Source: Macrostomum lignano (Eukaryota). Taken from it: a stretch of DNA of 64,000 bases. Position numbers and translations under genes: made by a program. Every line of letters starts with the position of its first letter. The first letter of the stretch is position 1. The notes beneath the pieces are model-generated. The model worked only from the letters and a program-made list of their open reading frames with translations, searched no databases and was not told the origin of the DNA. Positions 28,961-41,829 of this stretch are shown piece after piece. The stretch is taken from assembly GCA_002269645.1 (NCBI GenBank), contig NIVC01000096.1:1-64000 (forward strand), in the 5' to 3' direction.

Positions 28961-30757
28961 AGCGCTGAGGCAATACCGTCGGTGAAGACGCGATTGGGCT
29001 GGCACTAATTAAGAATGCATGAGTTCACCTCTAAAAGGAAACAGATGGAAACTGTGACATCAAAAAACCGTATTGATGTGTTTCGCGATTCACTGAAACG
29101 CCAACGAATAAAATACGTCCTACGTTGTCAGCCACGCAATCGTGAGAAAAAATCACAGGGCGCATTTCAGGGCCTAGGCGTGAATGTAGGCCGCACCGCC
29201 AGCAGTGTCCCAGGCGCCGGCATCAGCCAGCAGGCAGTCGACGAAACGCCGCAAGTGCGCGCCAGTCCCCGCCGCGGTATGGTGCCTGCAGCTTCTGCAT
29301 CAGCACCTCCTGCACCCTCTGCGGGCGGTACGACTCGGCCGAGTCGTATGATTAGCAACGTATACTTAAAGGCAATGTGACTGAAAACTTCAGTAAACGC
29401 TTTCATCTATACGTTTATTATCCATCTCTAATTCTGCATGGACTCCATGAATTAACGTCCTGGTTCAACTTAACCATAGTCACAGCATTAATTAAAGTAG
29501 TACCGAACCGTTCATAAACTGCATAGTGTTTTACTCGTATGAAATGTCATGCAATTTTATTTAGTCAAACTTACAACTATTTGCTATTCAAGCTGCATGA
29601 TAGCTAGCAAATATCGAATTATTGGCTCAGCTTGGTATGCATGCATTGTATGGCGATGCTTTATAGAATTTGATAATAGAAGTCAAAGGCCAACACCTAT
29701 GCTAAATTCCGTTGGAACTGACTTAGCTTGACAAATAGGATTTTTACATTTCACCAATAGATGACGATGGGCGATGAACGATGACGATGGTGAAAACACC
29801 GGTGTTAATTTAAAGTGAATGGTAAACACAGACTTAGTCGTTCAGAGTACATAATTAGAGAGACTAAATGCTGTAAATAATCACAAGAATAAACCCACAG
29901 TGGAGTCTTTGATCCCGCGCTAACCATAAGCGTTTCCCGCGTGAGTTAAATTTGATTCTAAAGAAGAGACCTATACGAGTAAGAGCACCAGCTCAACATC
30001 TCCATGCGCAGGCCAGAGATGTCCCAGTGACTGATGCTGGAAGTTCGCTATAAAAACTTGTCACTTGAGTGCACGCGGGACTAATAAGCCCTACCGACGA
30101 GAATCTTCACCGGATACATTTACATGCATAAGAATTAATTCACACGGGATTTTTTAGGCAAAGCTTGACTAGCGAAATCCGAAGACAGGATCGAACTTCT
30201 TTTGTGCCCCCTCACTTAGATCGTTACAGAATTTTTCAAATGCAAAGCAGAAAATTTGCTGGAATATGTGCCTCTCTGAAGCATATTGACCAACGCCCAC
30301 ATTGAGTCAAAAAAAATTTGCCTTTCCCTTTTTCGCTTTCGAGATAGGTGGATTTACTCAAAACAATTCGCTTATAGAAATGATCAATGATCTCTCAACT
30401 AAAGCGTTGATCAGCGAGTTTAGCTTCAAAAGCATGAAAGAAGACGGCGCAAAACCCGTTAGACCCGTTAGAGCGTTAGACAGCTCTGTCTGATCTCTAA
30501 GCATATCAGCGAATAAAAACTTTTTCGGCTTCGCTTTTCTTGCTAGCTTTGAGCATCAGCTGCTATGCGGATCTTAAAACAAACTGCATTCTGAACCTGT
30601 TGACACAAACTGACGAATGCCGCCCCAAACTGTCAATCATTTTCTGCCACGGTAAAGCATAAAATCAAGACACGACAGCAAAGTTTTACCTTCCTAAACC
30701 TGAAATCTCACTCCCGCTAAAAGTGAGCTACAGCTCGTCAACTTAGAAACTTCCAGG

Positions 30758-33700
30758 ATGCTATTAAGAATCGTCGCAATTTTTCTTCTGGTGAATATTG
30801 CCGCCTCTGCCAACAGTAAGTATATTGTGCTTTACAGATCGTATGGTCGTCTTATCCGTTACTTGAAAAAATACGCTACTATTAACTTTCCATGCTGCCA
30901 ATTTTGTATTTCAGCCCAACTGAAGTTTGCTGCGTGCTACCAAAGCTCTACGGCAGCTGGAGGCGTGTGCGAGAGAGCCTTCGATGGAAGAACCAACCAG
31001 AACTATGGCGCAGGCTCGTGCACGCACACAAATGCCGAGAAAGGCTTTTGGCAAGCCGCCATAAAGGGCTTCGCTCGAGTGCGCTTTGTTCGAATCTACA
31101 ACAGGCTCGACTGCTGCTCAGACAGACTCAACAGCTTCTCTATCTTTCTCGATGGTCAAGAATGCGAGCAGTCCTACAGTTCGAGAAAGTCATTTTCAGT
31201 GAAGACCTTCAGGTGTAACAAAGTCGGTCAGATGCTGGTAATCAAGAACCGAATCAACACTCCGCTGACTGTTTGCGAAGTGCAGATCTTCGGAAATTAC
31301 CTTTCAGGAAATCCTTATGGCGGTAAGCGCATAATAAAAGCCTTTTATTTCCTTTTATTTTTAGACCGTCTTCCTCTCGTGTCGTGCTCTCAAAGTTCTA
31401 CAGCAGTCAAGGGTGTTTGTCAAAGAGCATTCGATGGTAACACGAGTCCTAACTGGCATTTAAATAGCTGCACCCACACAAAATCTGAGCTGGGCTGGTG
31501 GCAAGCGACTCTCAAGGAGCGATCACTCGTCAGGAAGATTCGAATCTACAACCGACTCGACTGCTGCTCAGAGAGACTCAACGACTTTTCAATCACAGTC
31601 GACGGTCAAGAGTGCGCCTCGTTCAAGTCGAGCGGTTTCTTCTCTGTGAAGACGTTCCAGTGCAATAAGGTCGGCCAGCAGATTCGCATCAACAATCGCA
31701 AGCGCTCACCCTTGACTCTTTGCGAAGTTCAAGTCTTTGGAGAAAAGAAGAAGCTTAGGTCACGTAAGTGTATTTTGTATGTTTTAAATTTAATGTAACT
31801 TCTTTTAACTCGAAGTAATGTCGAAGTATAGACTTGGTAGAAACATTTGCTTGTATACACTAGACAGAACGTCCTCTTTTGTGTATTTTATGAAGTTAAT
31901 GGCTGAACTGTTTAATTTTTAATTCAATCATTCGATACTAATTTAAATTAAACAGAAATGTGAAGGCTGAGTGTATTAATATATAGCTTTGAGTTCTCCG
32001 ATGCTAACCTTTTGGCGAATTTTTTATGCGTTGTTGATCAAGGATGCTGTTTTGTTCTTAATGCGTCTTTACGAGCTACGAGCAGTACTAAAGTCTGTAT
32101 GGGCCCAGTTGCGCAGAATATCACTTTTGTCTTAGGACATTTAAGTGGGTTCTAGGCCAAGGCATAAAGTATATACAAAACATGTCAGGAACGCAAGACC
32201 TGTGCTATTGCTGTCTTCGTACAGATCCTTGTTTGAGTGCGGAATGTTTTTTGGTGGCAGGGACGATTTCATAAATCGCCTCTACAGCTTAAGTTTCCAA
32301 GGTGCCTTAGGTGCCTTAAGGTGCGATGGTCCGGTGCTACCGATGCAGCAGAGTTGGAAACGGCAAGAGTTTTCCCGTACTGAAGAAAGGGAGTCGACAT
32401 TCTACATGGACCAGCTGGCACGCCAACAGGCGAAGTTTGTAAAGCAGTTAGCCAAGTCAAGGTAAAAGTCGAAATCAATTGAAGCTAAGCTCGAGGCGTT
32501 CCTGGCGACGTTCGAGAGGACGGCGGAGATTTTTGGCTGGAGAAGTCGGCATGGACGCTTCGACTTGAACTTCCTTTGACAGGCATCGCACAGAGTGCAT
32601 TCTACAGTCTGACAACGGCGGCGAGCGTGGACTACGAAGTAGTTACGTTCTGGCGCAGTGAAACACCGGCGAGACCTGCCGGCATAGGTTCAGTACTCTA
32701 CGGAAGGCGCCAGAGGAGACATAGTCGAACGGTAGATGATGTCAGGGCTAGAGGCAGAAGATTGCGATCGATTGCAAGGTGACCACTCTATTTACAAGCG
32801 GAAACCGTTGCTTCAGCAGTTTACAGAGTCGTTGGTTAGAGGCTTGCAAGACTGAATGCGAGAGAGGAAGCCAAAGGTAGCGGAGGCATTGCAAACGCCT
32901 TCTGTAATGCCTCACAGGACTCCAAGGACTACAGACCATTGGAACCTAGAGACGGCGTTAGGAGCAACAGCGCCAGTCCAATCGAAGACGAAACACCAAC
33001 CGCAACAATCTGTATAGTCGAAGATCAACCGCTTCAACTGCGGAGGGCCTCACAAGCAATTCCAGTTTCTAAAGCAAAAGCAGCAACAACAAATTACGCA
33101 GCGCCGCATGCAAAATCACAGTTAGAGCAGGGTGCGTCAGATGGCGCGCCGCAGAGCCTGAGAGCGGACAAAGTCCGCCCCGTTGGCAGTCGGGCGCCCC
33201 GGCGTCGCGTAGGAAGCAGTTCACGTATCGACGGGTTTGGGCCTGACCCCGCCTCAACGGGCCCTGCAAGGTGAGCAGCAGAACGTCCTGAGCAGGTAGA
33301 CCTCGGCCTGGATCACGTGACCCGCCAGTTGAAGTTGCCGCCTGCGCGGGATGATGGACAGGCGCTGCAGCTTGGCCCGATCGTACAAGGCCTCGGTACC
33401 GACGCTCTCGTCAGCTCGAAAGGCCACACGGGGCAGCCCTGAGTGCGCCGAGTCTAATTGACGCTCCAGCGTAGCCGTAAGCGTCCACGTCTCGAAGTTT
33501 TAGAGCAGGACGTTTCGACCACCGCCTGCCACAGCCGAGCCTTCTGGCGGTCGGGCAGCGCTTTGGACTGGAGAACGGCCCGGATCGAACGGAAGGCCGC
33601 CCAGGCAAGTCCTCTGCGCCGCCGGAGGTCTTCCGTCACGTGGGGCACCAGACCGCCGGGCACCAGACACAGTTCAATATAAAGCAGAAGGGTTGCAGTT

Positions 33701-36700
33701 TCCATCAGAAGAGAAAGAGGCATCGGATGCTGCGAGGACCCGATTTGTGAATAGTGAGGCAAATGGCAGGAGCTTGAAGTTTCTACTGGACACAGGAGCA
33801 TTTTTGGAAAAAAAATTAGACGAAATTAGCTGCTCTAGAGCATCTGTTGGACAGCCCCATTATGACATATCATGCCCTATTGCGGTGCTTTGGAGCGACC
33901 TACATCGTCTTCCAATCCCTAAATTAGATTTACACCTAAACAGCTACGACGGAATAACCTGAAGTCTCTGTGTCTAACTCCCTACCAGTGAGCACTTTTG
34001 TACGATTGGAACTGATTGGTCAGCTCCAGTCTGGAGTGTATACATCCCTGTGGTCTTGTTTGGGCAAAAGCTAAGCGATGGGGGTTGCTGCCAATCCCTA
34101 CCACCAGCCTACCTCTCCCGGTCAATGAGAGAGGAGAGGTGACGGAGCCGCGCTGTGCACACCACCCAGACCTCAATTGACTAAAGCATAGGAGCAGAAA
34201 CAACGGCAAGAGTACAGGAAAACAAGACTAGAGCCGTATGTTTACTGCTATATCATTGGATTATAAGCCGTCCCTCTGTGACGACAAGGAGCTGCTGGCA
34301 CGCATTCAAGGCGTCGACTTGGTGAAGGAGAGCATGACAGACTTTATCGGATACAGTCGAATAATTGACAAGCATCTAGCACTACCAAAGTCTCTGCGGG
34401 TAGCGGCCCAGGCGCAGGCTTACGAGAATGCGTTTGTGAGACATTTAGGCGTAGGAAAGACCGGTCAGTGTCTGATGCAACGGTTTTGGTGGCCTACGCT
34501 GAATAGCTCGTAAGGACGTGAAGGACTTCGTGGCGTCGTGCAACAGATGCCAGAAAACAGATCGAGTGCTCGACAGCCAAAAGTTTTTTTAGTTCAAGTT
34601 TCAGGTGTGGAACGGAGGCGACAGAAGCTCTGGTACGACTGGAGGTCGCGTGATCGAGAATTGTCGCCTTCAGGTGTTATTTTCGACTGTCGTCATCTTC
34701 TAAGAAGCTGCATGCCGAATGGCGAGGTCCGTACCAAGTGCTGAAACAGTGCAACGATATTAACTAAATTAACCTGCTCAGAAAGTATAAGCCGCGGGAG
34801 GCATTCCTGGCGCAGGTACCAGTGGCGCTGAAGGATGGCGGGCAGAAAATGTCCAGCGCCCTAAACGCGGAACAATAGAGCTAACTCGAGCATCTCAAAG
34901 GACTTCACGATAGAGCGTCTTCAGCGAGACCCTGGCCGGATCAACCTAATGGAGAACAACAATCCGAAGGACTTCCGACTAAGTGATGTGGATGCGACCG
35001 CAGCGGGAATCTCACGCGCAAAGGAAAGTCCTTCGGGATGAGATCCAACGCATGCTGGTCCTCGAGGGATTGAGCCGTCTGACAATGACTACTGGTCGCC
35101 GGTGTGCCTGGTGGCTAAAAAGTACGGCACGAGCCGATTTACAATCAACTTCAAGGCTCTGAATGAACTGGTAGCTTTTGACTCCAACCCCGTGAAGAAC
35201 ATCGAAGATCTGCTGGAGCCAGTGGACCAAACAAAGTATATATCTAAATTTGGCTGTCGCAAAGGACACTGGCAGCTTCCGCTTGCCAAGGACTCGAAGC
35301 GAACAACGAAATTCACGGTCGATAGCAAGCTGTACCAGTCTGTCGTAAATCCGAATGGCGCTGAACTGTAGCGGCGCCACCTACAAGACTCTGACGGACA
35401 AAGCCCTTCAAGGCATGGAGAAGGCGAACGCCTACGTGGACGACATGCCGTGTTCAGCGAGACATTCGATCAGCATCTGCAGGGCATGAAAGCTGAAGGC
35501 TGCTAAACTGATGGTGCAGCTTCGGAAGTGCTACCTGGGCGGCAACTCGACCGACTATTGGTGTTTCAAGCTACGCGGAGGCGAGATCAGCACAAGCAAA
35601 GATCTGGTGGTGAATCATTAACACGCTCATCAGGCCACAAACCAAGTCTCAGCTTCGTGCGGTGCTCGGAGTTCTCAGGATAGCCTCAGACACGAGCTTT
35701 CGAGACGGTACAGGCGCTATTAACAAGCGCACAGGTGTTGCGCGCCCCAAACACGACCAGCCGTTCACGCTAGAGAGGGACAGCTCGGAAACGATCATAG
35801 GAGCGGTGCTGACACAGAGATTCGAAGACGGCGTTCATCCCAACGTTCTGTGTGTCTCGACGGTTGACGCCGGAGCAGCGAAGCTACGCAACGATCGAAA
35901 AGGAGCGCCTTGCTGTGCACTGGTCAGTCAAGGCTACCTAAAAGGTCTTTTCTCCATCATCGGATCCAAACGTAAGCCCCTGCAACACCTACGGCTGGAT
36001 AACGCTAACTCAAGACTGCAGCGGTGGGCGTCCCACCTGTCCGGCTTCGACTAAGAGATCTACTACCAATCGGACGACGACACGCAAAGTTTGACTGAAG
36101 TAGAGTTATGAGTTGCAAGTTTTCCTGTTTTTTATATTTGTTTTGGTTATTGTAGGTGCCGGCTTCTTGGGGCTTTCTTCCAATACCTAGCTTCTATTTT
36201 GTAAGATTAAAAAAAACTTTTAAGTGTTGTTATGGGGCTTAACGCCGCTGACTGCTTGGAACTCGGAGTCTCTCCGAATCTTCTTATCCGTTACTTGAAA
36301 AAATACGCTACTATTAACTTTCCATGCTGCCAATTTTGTATTTCAGCCCAACTGAAGTTTGCTGCGTGCTACCAAAGCTCTACGGCAGCTGGAGGCGTGT
36401 GCGAGAGAGCCTTCGATGGAAGAACCAACCAGAACTATGGCGCAGGCTCGTGCACGCACACAAATGCCGAGAAAGGCTTTTGGCAAGCCGCCATAAAGGG
36501 CTTCGCTCGAGTGCGCTTTGTTCGAATCTACAACAGGCTCGACTGCTGCTCAGACAAACTCAACAGCTTCTCTATCTTTCTCGATGGTCAAGAATGCGAG
36601 CAGTCCTACAGTTCGAGAAAGTCATTTTCAGTGAAGACCTTCAGGTGTAACAAAGTCGGTCAGATGCTGGTAATCAAGAACCGAATCAACACTCCGCTGA

Positions 36701-38275
36701 CTGTTTGCGAAGTGCAGATCTTCGGAAATTACCTTTCAGGAAATCCTTATGGCGGTACGAGAAGGCTTTAGTCAATAGAAACATTTTACGGGAATCGCAT
36801 AGAACTAAATAGTTAAACACATTTCTCTGATTTCAGCGAGGCTCCCAATGTTGCAATGCCAACAGTCTTCAACCGCTGCTGGAGGCGTCTGCAGTCGAGC
36901 CATCGACAACAACGATCACCAACTCTATGGCCACAAGTCCTGCACTCACACCAAAAACGAGAAGGGCTGGTGGCAGGCGAGAACCAAGTCGCTGTCTCAC
37001 ATTCGGACGGTTCGAATCTTCAACCGAATGGACTGTTGCTCAGAACGACTGAACAACTTCGTAATCATGGTCGACGGGCATGAATGCGCGTCGTACAAGT
37101 CCAACAGTTTCTTCTCAATTCGCGCTTTCAAATGCAACAGGATCGGTCAAGTTGTGACCGTGAAGAACCGTAAAACGTCACCACTGACTCTCTGCGAAGT
37201 GCAGGTGTATGGAAAGGAAGTCAAACTGCGAACTCCAAAGAGTAAGACTATTTGTCAATATGTATTTTTATCCATTTCGATGCGTAATACGGTGCTTGAG
37301 TAACAACTATTTCCTTTTATTTTTAGACCGTCTTCCTCTCGTGTCGTGCTCTCAAAGTTCTACAGCAGTCAAGGGTGTTTGTCAAAGAGCATTCGATGGT
37401 AACACGAGTCCTAACTGGCATTTAAATAGCTGCACCCACACAAAATCTGAGCTGGGCTGGTGGCAAGCGACTCTCAAGGAGCGATCACTCGTCAGGAAGA
37501 TTCGAATCTACAACCGACTCGACTGCTGCTCAGAGAGACTCAACGACTTTTCAATCACAGTCGACGGTCAAGAGTGCGCCTCGTTCAAGTCGAGCGGCTT
37601 CTTCTCTGTGAAGACGTTCCAGTGCAATAAGGTCGGCCAGCAGATTCGCATCAACAATCGCAAGCGCTCACCCTTGACTCTATGCGAAGTTCAAGTCTTT
37701 GGGGAAAAGAAGAAGAGTACCATTAAAGCTGGACGTAAGTGCTTTTATGTTTTAACTTGAATGTAATTTTTTTTCAATCGATTATTGATTAATTCAATTA
37801 ATCGTGGGTGTATTCTTATTCAGTAATACTACGCTGATAATCTTTTAACGATTGCTTTTGCAGTGAAAGTTTTGGTGTAGTGGTTAATAAATTTTAAAAC
37901 AAGAAGATAGATGATATATCGCGCAGCACAAGATAGTTGCTTCTTTTTAAAATCAATGCAATGGCTTTTTTGTGTGCGTAATTTCCAGACTTTGTCGGCT
38001 GCTTTTTTGAGAGCAATCATTGGCCCGATTTCGCTTCACTTGCGTCGACGAGCAATGACATGAACCGTCAGAAGTGCAACTGTCTCTGTTCGAAACGTGG
38101 CACGTCGGTGTTCGCCTTGCGGGAGGGCAACCAGTGCCGCTGTGGCGACAACTACGGCAACAATGGCGAGGCCGAGCGTTCCGATTGTCGATTGCCCTGC
38201 GCCGGCGATTCCAATCAAATCTGCGGCGGTCGGATGATTAATGCCGTGTTTGAAGTCGATAAAAACCATTGCTGA
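30758..38275 (+). CDS. Secreted lectin with five tandem F-type lectin (fucolectin) domains + C-terminal WSC domain
   Basis: All-phase-1 exons: 30758-30815 (signal peptide), 30915-31322, 31365-31763, 36347-36754, 36837-37241, 37327-37734 (FTLD exons: CxQSST, AFDG, SCTHT, WW, NRxDCCxxRL, LTxCEVQ), 37989-38275 (WSC: FVGCF..C..C..GNQCRCG..C..PCAG..ICGG). It could instead be two adjacent partial genes; the second has no signal exon of its own. Confidence 0.8.
32150..36110 (+). mobile_element. Decayed Ty3/Gypsy LTR retrotransposon with Gmr1-like order gag-PR-IN-RT-RH
   Basis: gag EAFLATFERTAEIFGW..LTGIAQSAFYSL..DYEVV (~32480-32640); protease LLDTGA (~33780); integrase HLGVGKT..RFWWP..DVKDFVASCNRCQK (34430-34560) and WRGPYQV (~34730); RT SPVCLVAKK..RFTINFKALN..KGHWQLPL..YVDD (35080-35450); RNase H PFTLERDSS..GAVLTQ..NSRLQRW (35750-36050). 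Many stops and frameshifts; LTRs not identified. Confidence 0.8.
33300..33660 (-). mobile_element. RTE-clade LINE 3' remnant nested in the Gypsy element
   Basis: EDLRRRRGLAWAAFRSIRAVLQSKALPDRQKARLWQAVVET..VLL*NFETWTLTATLERQLDSAH..LQLAGHV. Confidence 0.8.
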
Positions 38276-39587
38276 GAGCGTATCAAATTGAGTGGCTACC
38301 TTATCTCAGCTATTAAACAACAATGTTGGTGGTGGATAAATAAGGTAAAAAAACGTGTTTGATTCGCTACGATTCGATTACAAACCACATCAAATACAAA
38401 ACACATCAAAATCGTTTCTGGTTAAACTTAAAAAATATATTAGAGATTTAATCTGGTTACTACTCGTACCTATAAACTGATAACCAAGGAGCATTAAAAG
38501 TCACGTTTCGATAAGACCGTTACTTTAGTGGTCCATGTTGATTGGTGTCTCAATTTTTTAATCCAAATGATCCAATGACTTTAGTGAGAATAACGCCCCG
38601 ATGAATCCGAACTTAAATGTTAATGAATGTTGAAGAGTTTAAGAGTGGTGATCAGTCACTAATAAAAAACTCCGACTTCTAGACACTGGGTAACTAGGCA
38701 TGTGCAAAATCAAATAACTCTTACTGGAGTAGCTCTTTTAGTAGCTTCTTGACTTCTTGGTTCGGCGGCGGTGAGGTGTTGTCTCTGTGAGTCGTTGACT
38801 TTATCTGGGTCAACCAAAAGCGAGAGCGAGGCAGAATTTCTTGAAGGTCCTCGAGCTCGGAATTAACAATGGCACGTGCGCTCTAATGAACATTTGAATT
38901 CTCTAGGTTTCTGTAATAGGTCCTCCTGAAGGGCGTCTTCTTCGCTACGCCCGAAGCGTAACGGATAACTCAAATCAAATCAATAAATCCTCTAGGAATA
39001 TATCCTAGGAAACAAGGAGGCCTTTCTCAAATGTATCGACAATAAACGGCTCTCATAAACTCAATTAATCAACTTATTAAGTCTAACAATCAAAGAACTG
39101 AATCCGGTAAACGCTTACCAATTGGACAAGTGTGGTCCCTCAGAGATTGGTCTCCGTTGGAAACCGGTTGTTGGTTAGAAAACGGTTCCTTGATCAAACA
39201 GCCGTTGGTCCCACGTAGGGTTCTGAATCACTCTGTTTGTCCATGGGCCCGTTTTATAAAGCTTGCGTATCCTTAAGTTGGAACTTACGTTTGCGCCGTG
39301 TCGTAAAATGTTCGGTGAAACAATCGTATCTTAAGACCGTTCTTAGATTTAAGAAGCTTCTTAAGTCATCGCGCAAGCGTAAATTTGCGTTTGGTGAAAC
39401 TTTCGTAGGTCACTTCGGCTTCTTAAGTTCCGCCGTAAATCTAAGACAGGTCGGACCTGTCGTAAGTCACTCTTTAGTTGTGAAAATGCACAGCGCCGAC
39501 TTCATTCAGTCAAGAAATTCGCATTTTACTGTATATTTGAGTAAGTTTAAAGACTGAAAAAATCAAACAATAGCGAAAATTGTTAAT

Positions 39588-40742
39588 TTAAAATTTGAGT
39601 AGCAAGAAACACAAATTTTGCTTAAGTGAGTCACGGTGGGAGTAGCTCCATGATCCGCTGCCTTTCTGCTCGACCAGCAGCGGTGTCTTCAGCCAGTGCG
39701 CGGCTTCATTTTCAGCAGTTGCTTCCATGGCTAGCGGCTGATGTTCAGGTGGAATTGGAATGGCTCTGGCCACGGCGAAATTGTGGAGCACGCAGCATGC
39801 AACAATGATGTTGCACACTTTACTCGGATTGAATTGTAAAGCTCCTCCGCTGTGATCGAGGCATCGAAATCTCGCTTTCAAAACACCAAAAGCCCTCTCG
39901 ATTATTACGCGCGTTTTGCTTAGTCGCCGGTTGAAATTTTGCTCGGAATTTGTTTGTGGATCCCTAAATGGCGTCATCAGAAACGGTCGGAGTGGGTAGC
40001 CCGCATCTCCAACCAAGAAGCCAGCGACCTTCCCATCCGCGAGGAGATCGTTCAGTGCAGATTGTTGAAAAATGAAGGGGTCGTGGCTACTTCCAGGCCA
40101 ACGTGCGACAACGTTTGTAAATGCGAGATTAGCACTACATACGGCCTGAACATTAATCGAGTGAAATCCTTTTCGATTAATGAAGATTCCACCGTCATCG
40201 GTAGGGCGCCGGATGCGGATGTGCGTGCAGTCTATGGCTCCGAGCACCTGAGGCATTCCGGCAATTTCAAAAAATGCACGTGCTGATGCTGCTGCTGCTT
40301 GCTAATTGCTTGGAAACGAAATGCGAATGGGTGCCATGTCCTGAAGCAGCAGGCAAACTTCAGTCACAACTCCGGACACCGTGACGCAGCTACAGTTGAA
40401 AACGTCCCCAATGACTTTGAGAAAGCTGCCTGTTGCAAAAAATCGGAGGGCAAGGCAAACCTGCAGTTCGACGGAAATAGCTCTGTTGCGACGCGTCTGA
40501 CGTTGTAGTTGCGGCCGCAGCAACTCAATGAGCTCCAGCAAAGGTTGACGTGGCAGCCGGTACCGCTCGAAAATTTCCCGATTACTGAAGTCGAGAAGGT
40601 CAAGTCTGTCTCGAAACCTCTCAGTTCTCAAAGCATGCTGAGCGAATGCGATGTCCAAAAATTCATTCTCGGATCTGACTTTGGCAATTGCAAGTGAGTT
40701 AGCAATCCGATGGGGAATTTCAGCGCTAAGTCCTTGAAACAT
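39588..40742 (-). pseudogene. Harbinger (HARBI1-like) DDE transposase with one in-frame stop
   Basis: LALRFFATGS HTH region; GAIDCTHI, WPGSSHD, GDAGYP and IERAFGVLKARFRCL motifs. The two ORF-track ORFs are in the same frame, separated by TAG at 40302-40304 (SFPSN*QAAAASARAFFEIAGMPQV). Confidence 0.92.
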
Positions 40743-41064
40743 AAGTTGCTTCAAATAGATAATTAGATAATAGATTTTATTGGTTAATTAAGTAAGTTTT
40801 AAGAGGGCCCGGTGTCAAACCACTCTAATTATCCTTAACGTTATGTCCCCTATACTGTGTGACTGGCTGACCGTCTTATCAGGCCGACCTGATAATTGCT
40901 CCTCAAATATACGTTCGCATCACATAATTGATCTTGCCGTCGAAGGATTGCAAACAGCCTTGACCAATCGATATTTAAGTAGAGTGGCAATTACGCTCGT
41001 ATAGCTCGTATAACAGCATAAAGAGAAGCTGATACGGTCGAAAGGGCCAAATAATTGGAATGCA

Positions 41065-41829
41065 ATGAATTCTAACGCAGCACAAAAACGCGCGGCGAAC
41101 TGGTCAACGGCGGAACTGGAGACGCTGCAAGAAGCAACGACCGAACGGAAAAGTTACCTGGAGAGCCCCTCAAATACTGTCGAAGCGAATTTTCGCAAAA
41201 AACGCGGATGGCAGCAAATTGCCGATATCGTAAATGCAGTCGGTGGACAAGGACGTTCTGGAGAGAACTGCCGAAAGCGGTGGTCCGACTTCAAGAGTCA
41301 ACTGAAGAACAAAGTAGCCAGCATCCGCAAGGAGCAAGCTAAAACAGGAGGCGGTCCATCGCAGGCCCCACAGCTGTCGAGTTTAAAGGAGAAGGCGGCG
41401 CAGTCCATCCGAAAACAGGTCGTGGAAGGCGTGCCACGTGGTGTTGACACGCTGCAGCTGCCTAAATCCAATAGTGCAGCATCAAGCTCGGCGGCCAAGT
41501 ACATTGATATCGCAAGTGCGCCTGCTGATGAATTTTCCGAAGCTGTTGGCAGAAGCGCATCGCCTGAGTACGAGACAGCTGACGACGAAAAAAGTGAAGA
41601 GTCTGTTGCTAATCCCGCTGCCAAGAACACGAAGCGTCAGCGAAAGCAGAGCAAACTTGGGCTGATCGAAAGCTTAGAAATAAAACGTCTTCGAGTGGAG
41701 AAAGCTCGATTGGAAGTTGAAAACGACAGATTGTTTGTCGATAAAATAGGTATTTTAGCATTACACCGACAGATAGCGACGTCACATCTACATTATCTGA
41801 TGTTACAGCGGCTGGGGGTTATTGTATAA
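41065..41829 (+). CDS. Harbinger Myb/SANT-like DNA-binding protein (NAIF1-like), intact ORF
   Basis: NWSTAELETL..KKRGWQQIADIVNA..RSGENCRKRWSDFK..AKTGGGP, plus a C-terminal coiled coil (KRLRVEKARLEVEN). Confidence 0.88.
   Translation: MNSNAAQKRAANWSTAELETLQEATTERKSYLESPSNTVEANFRKKRGWQQIADIVNAVGGQGRSGENCRKRWSDFKSQLKNKVASIRKEQAKTGGGPSQAPQLSSLKEKAAQSIRKQVVEGVPRGVDTLQLPKSNSAASSSAAKYIDIASAPADEFSEAVGRSASPEYETADDEKSEESVANPAAKNTKRQRKQSKLGLIESLEIKRLRVEKARLEVENDRLFVDKIGILALHRQIATSHLHYLMLQRLGVIV

Noticed and set aside
38650-39240. Possible LTR or TE fragment left of the Harbinger element
   Set aside because: No terminal repeats, TSD or protein motif could be identified by eye.
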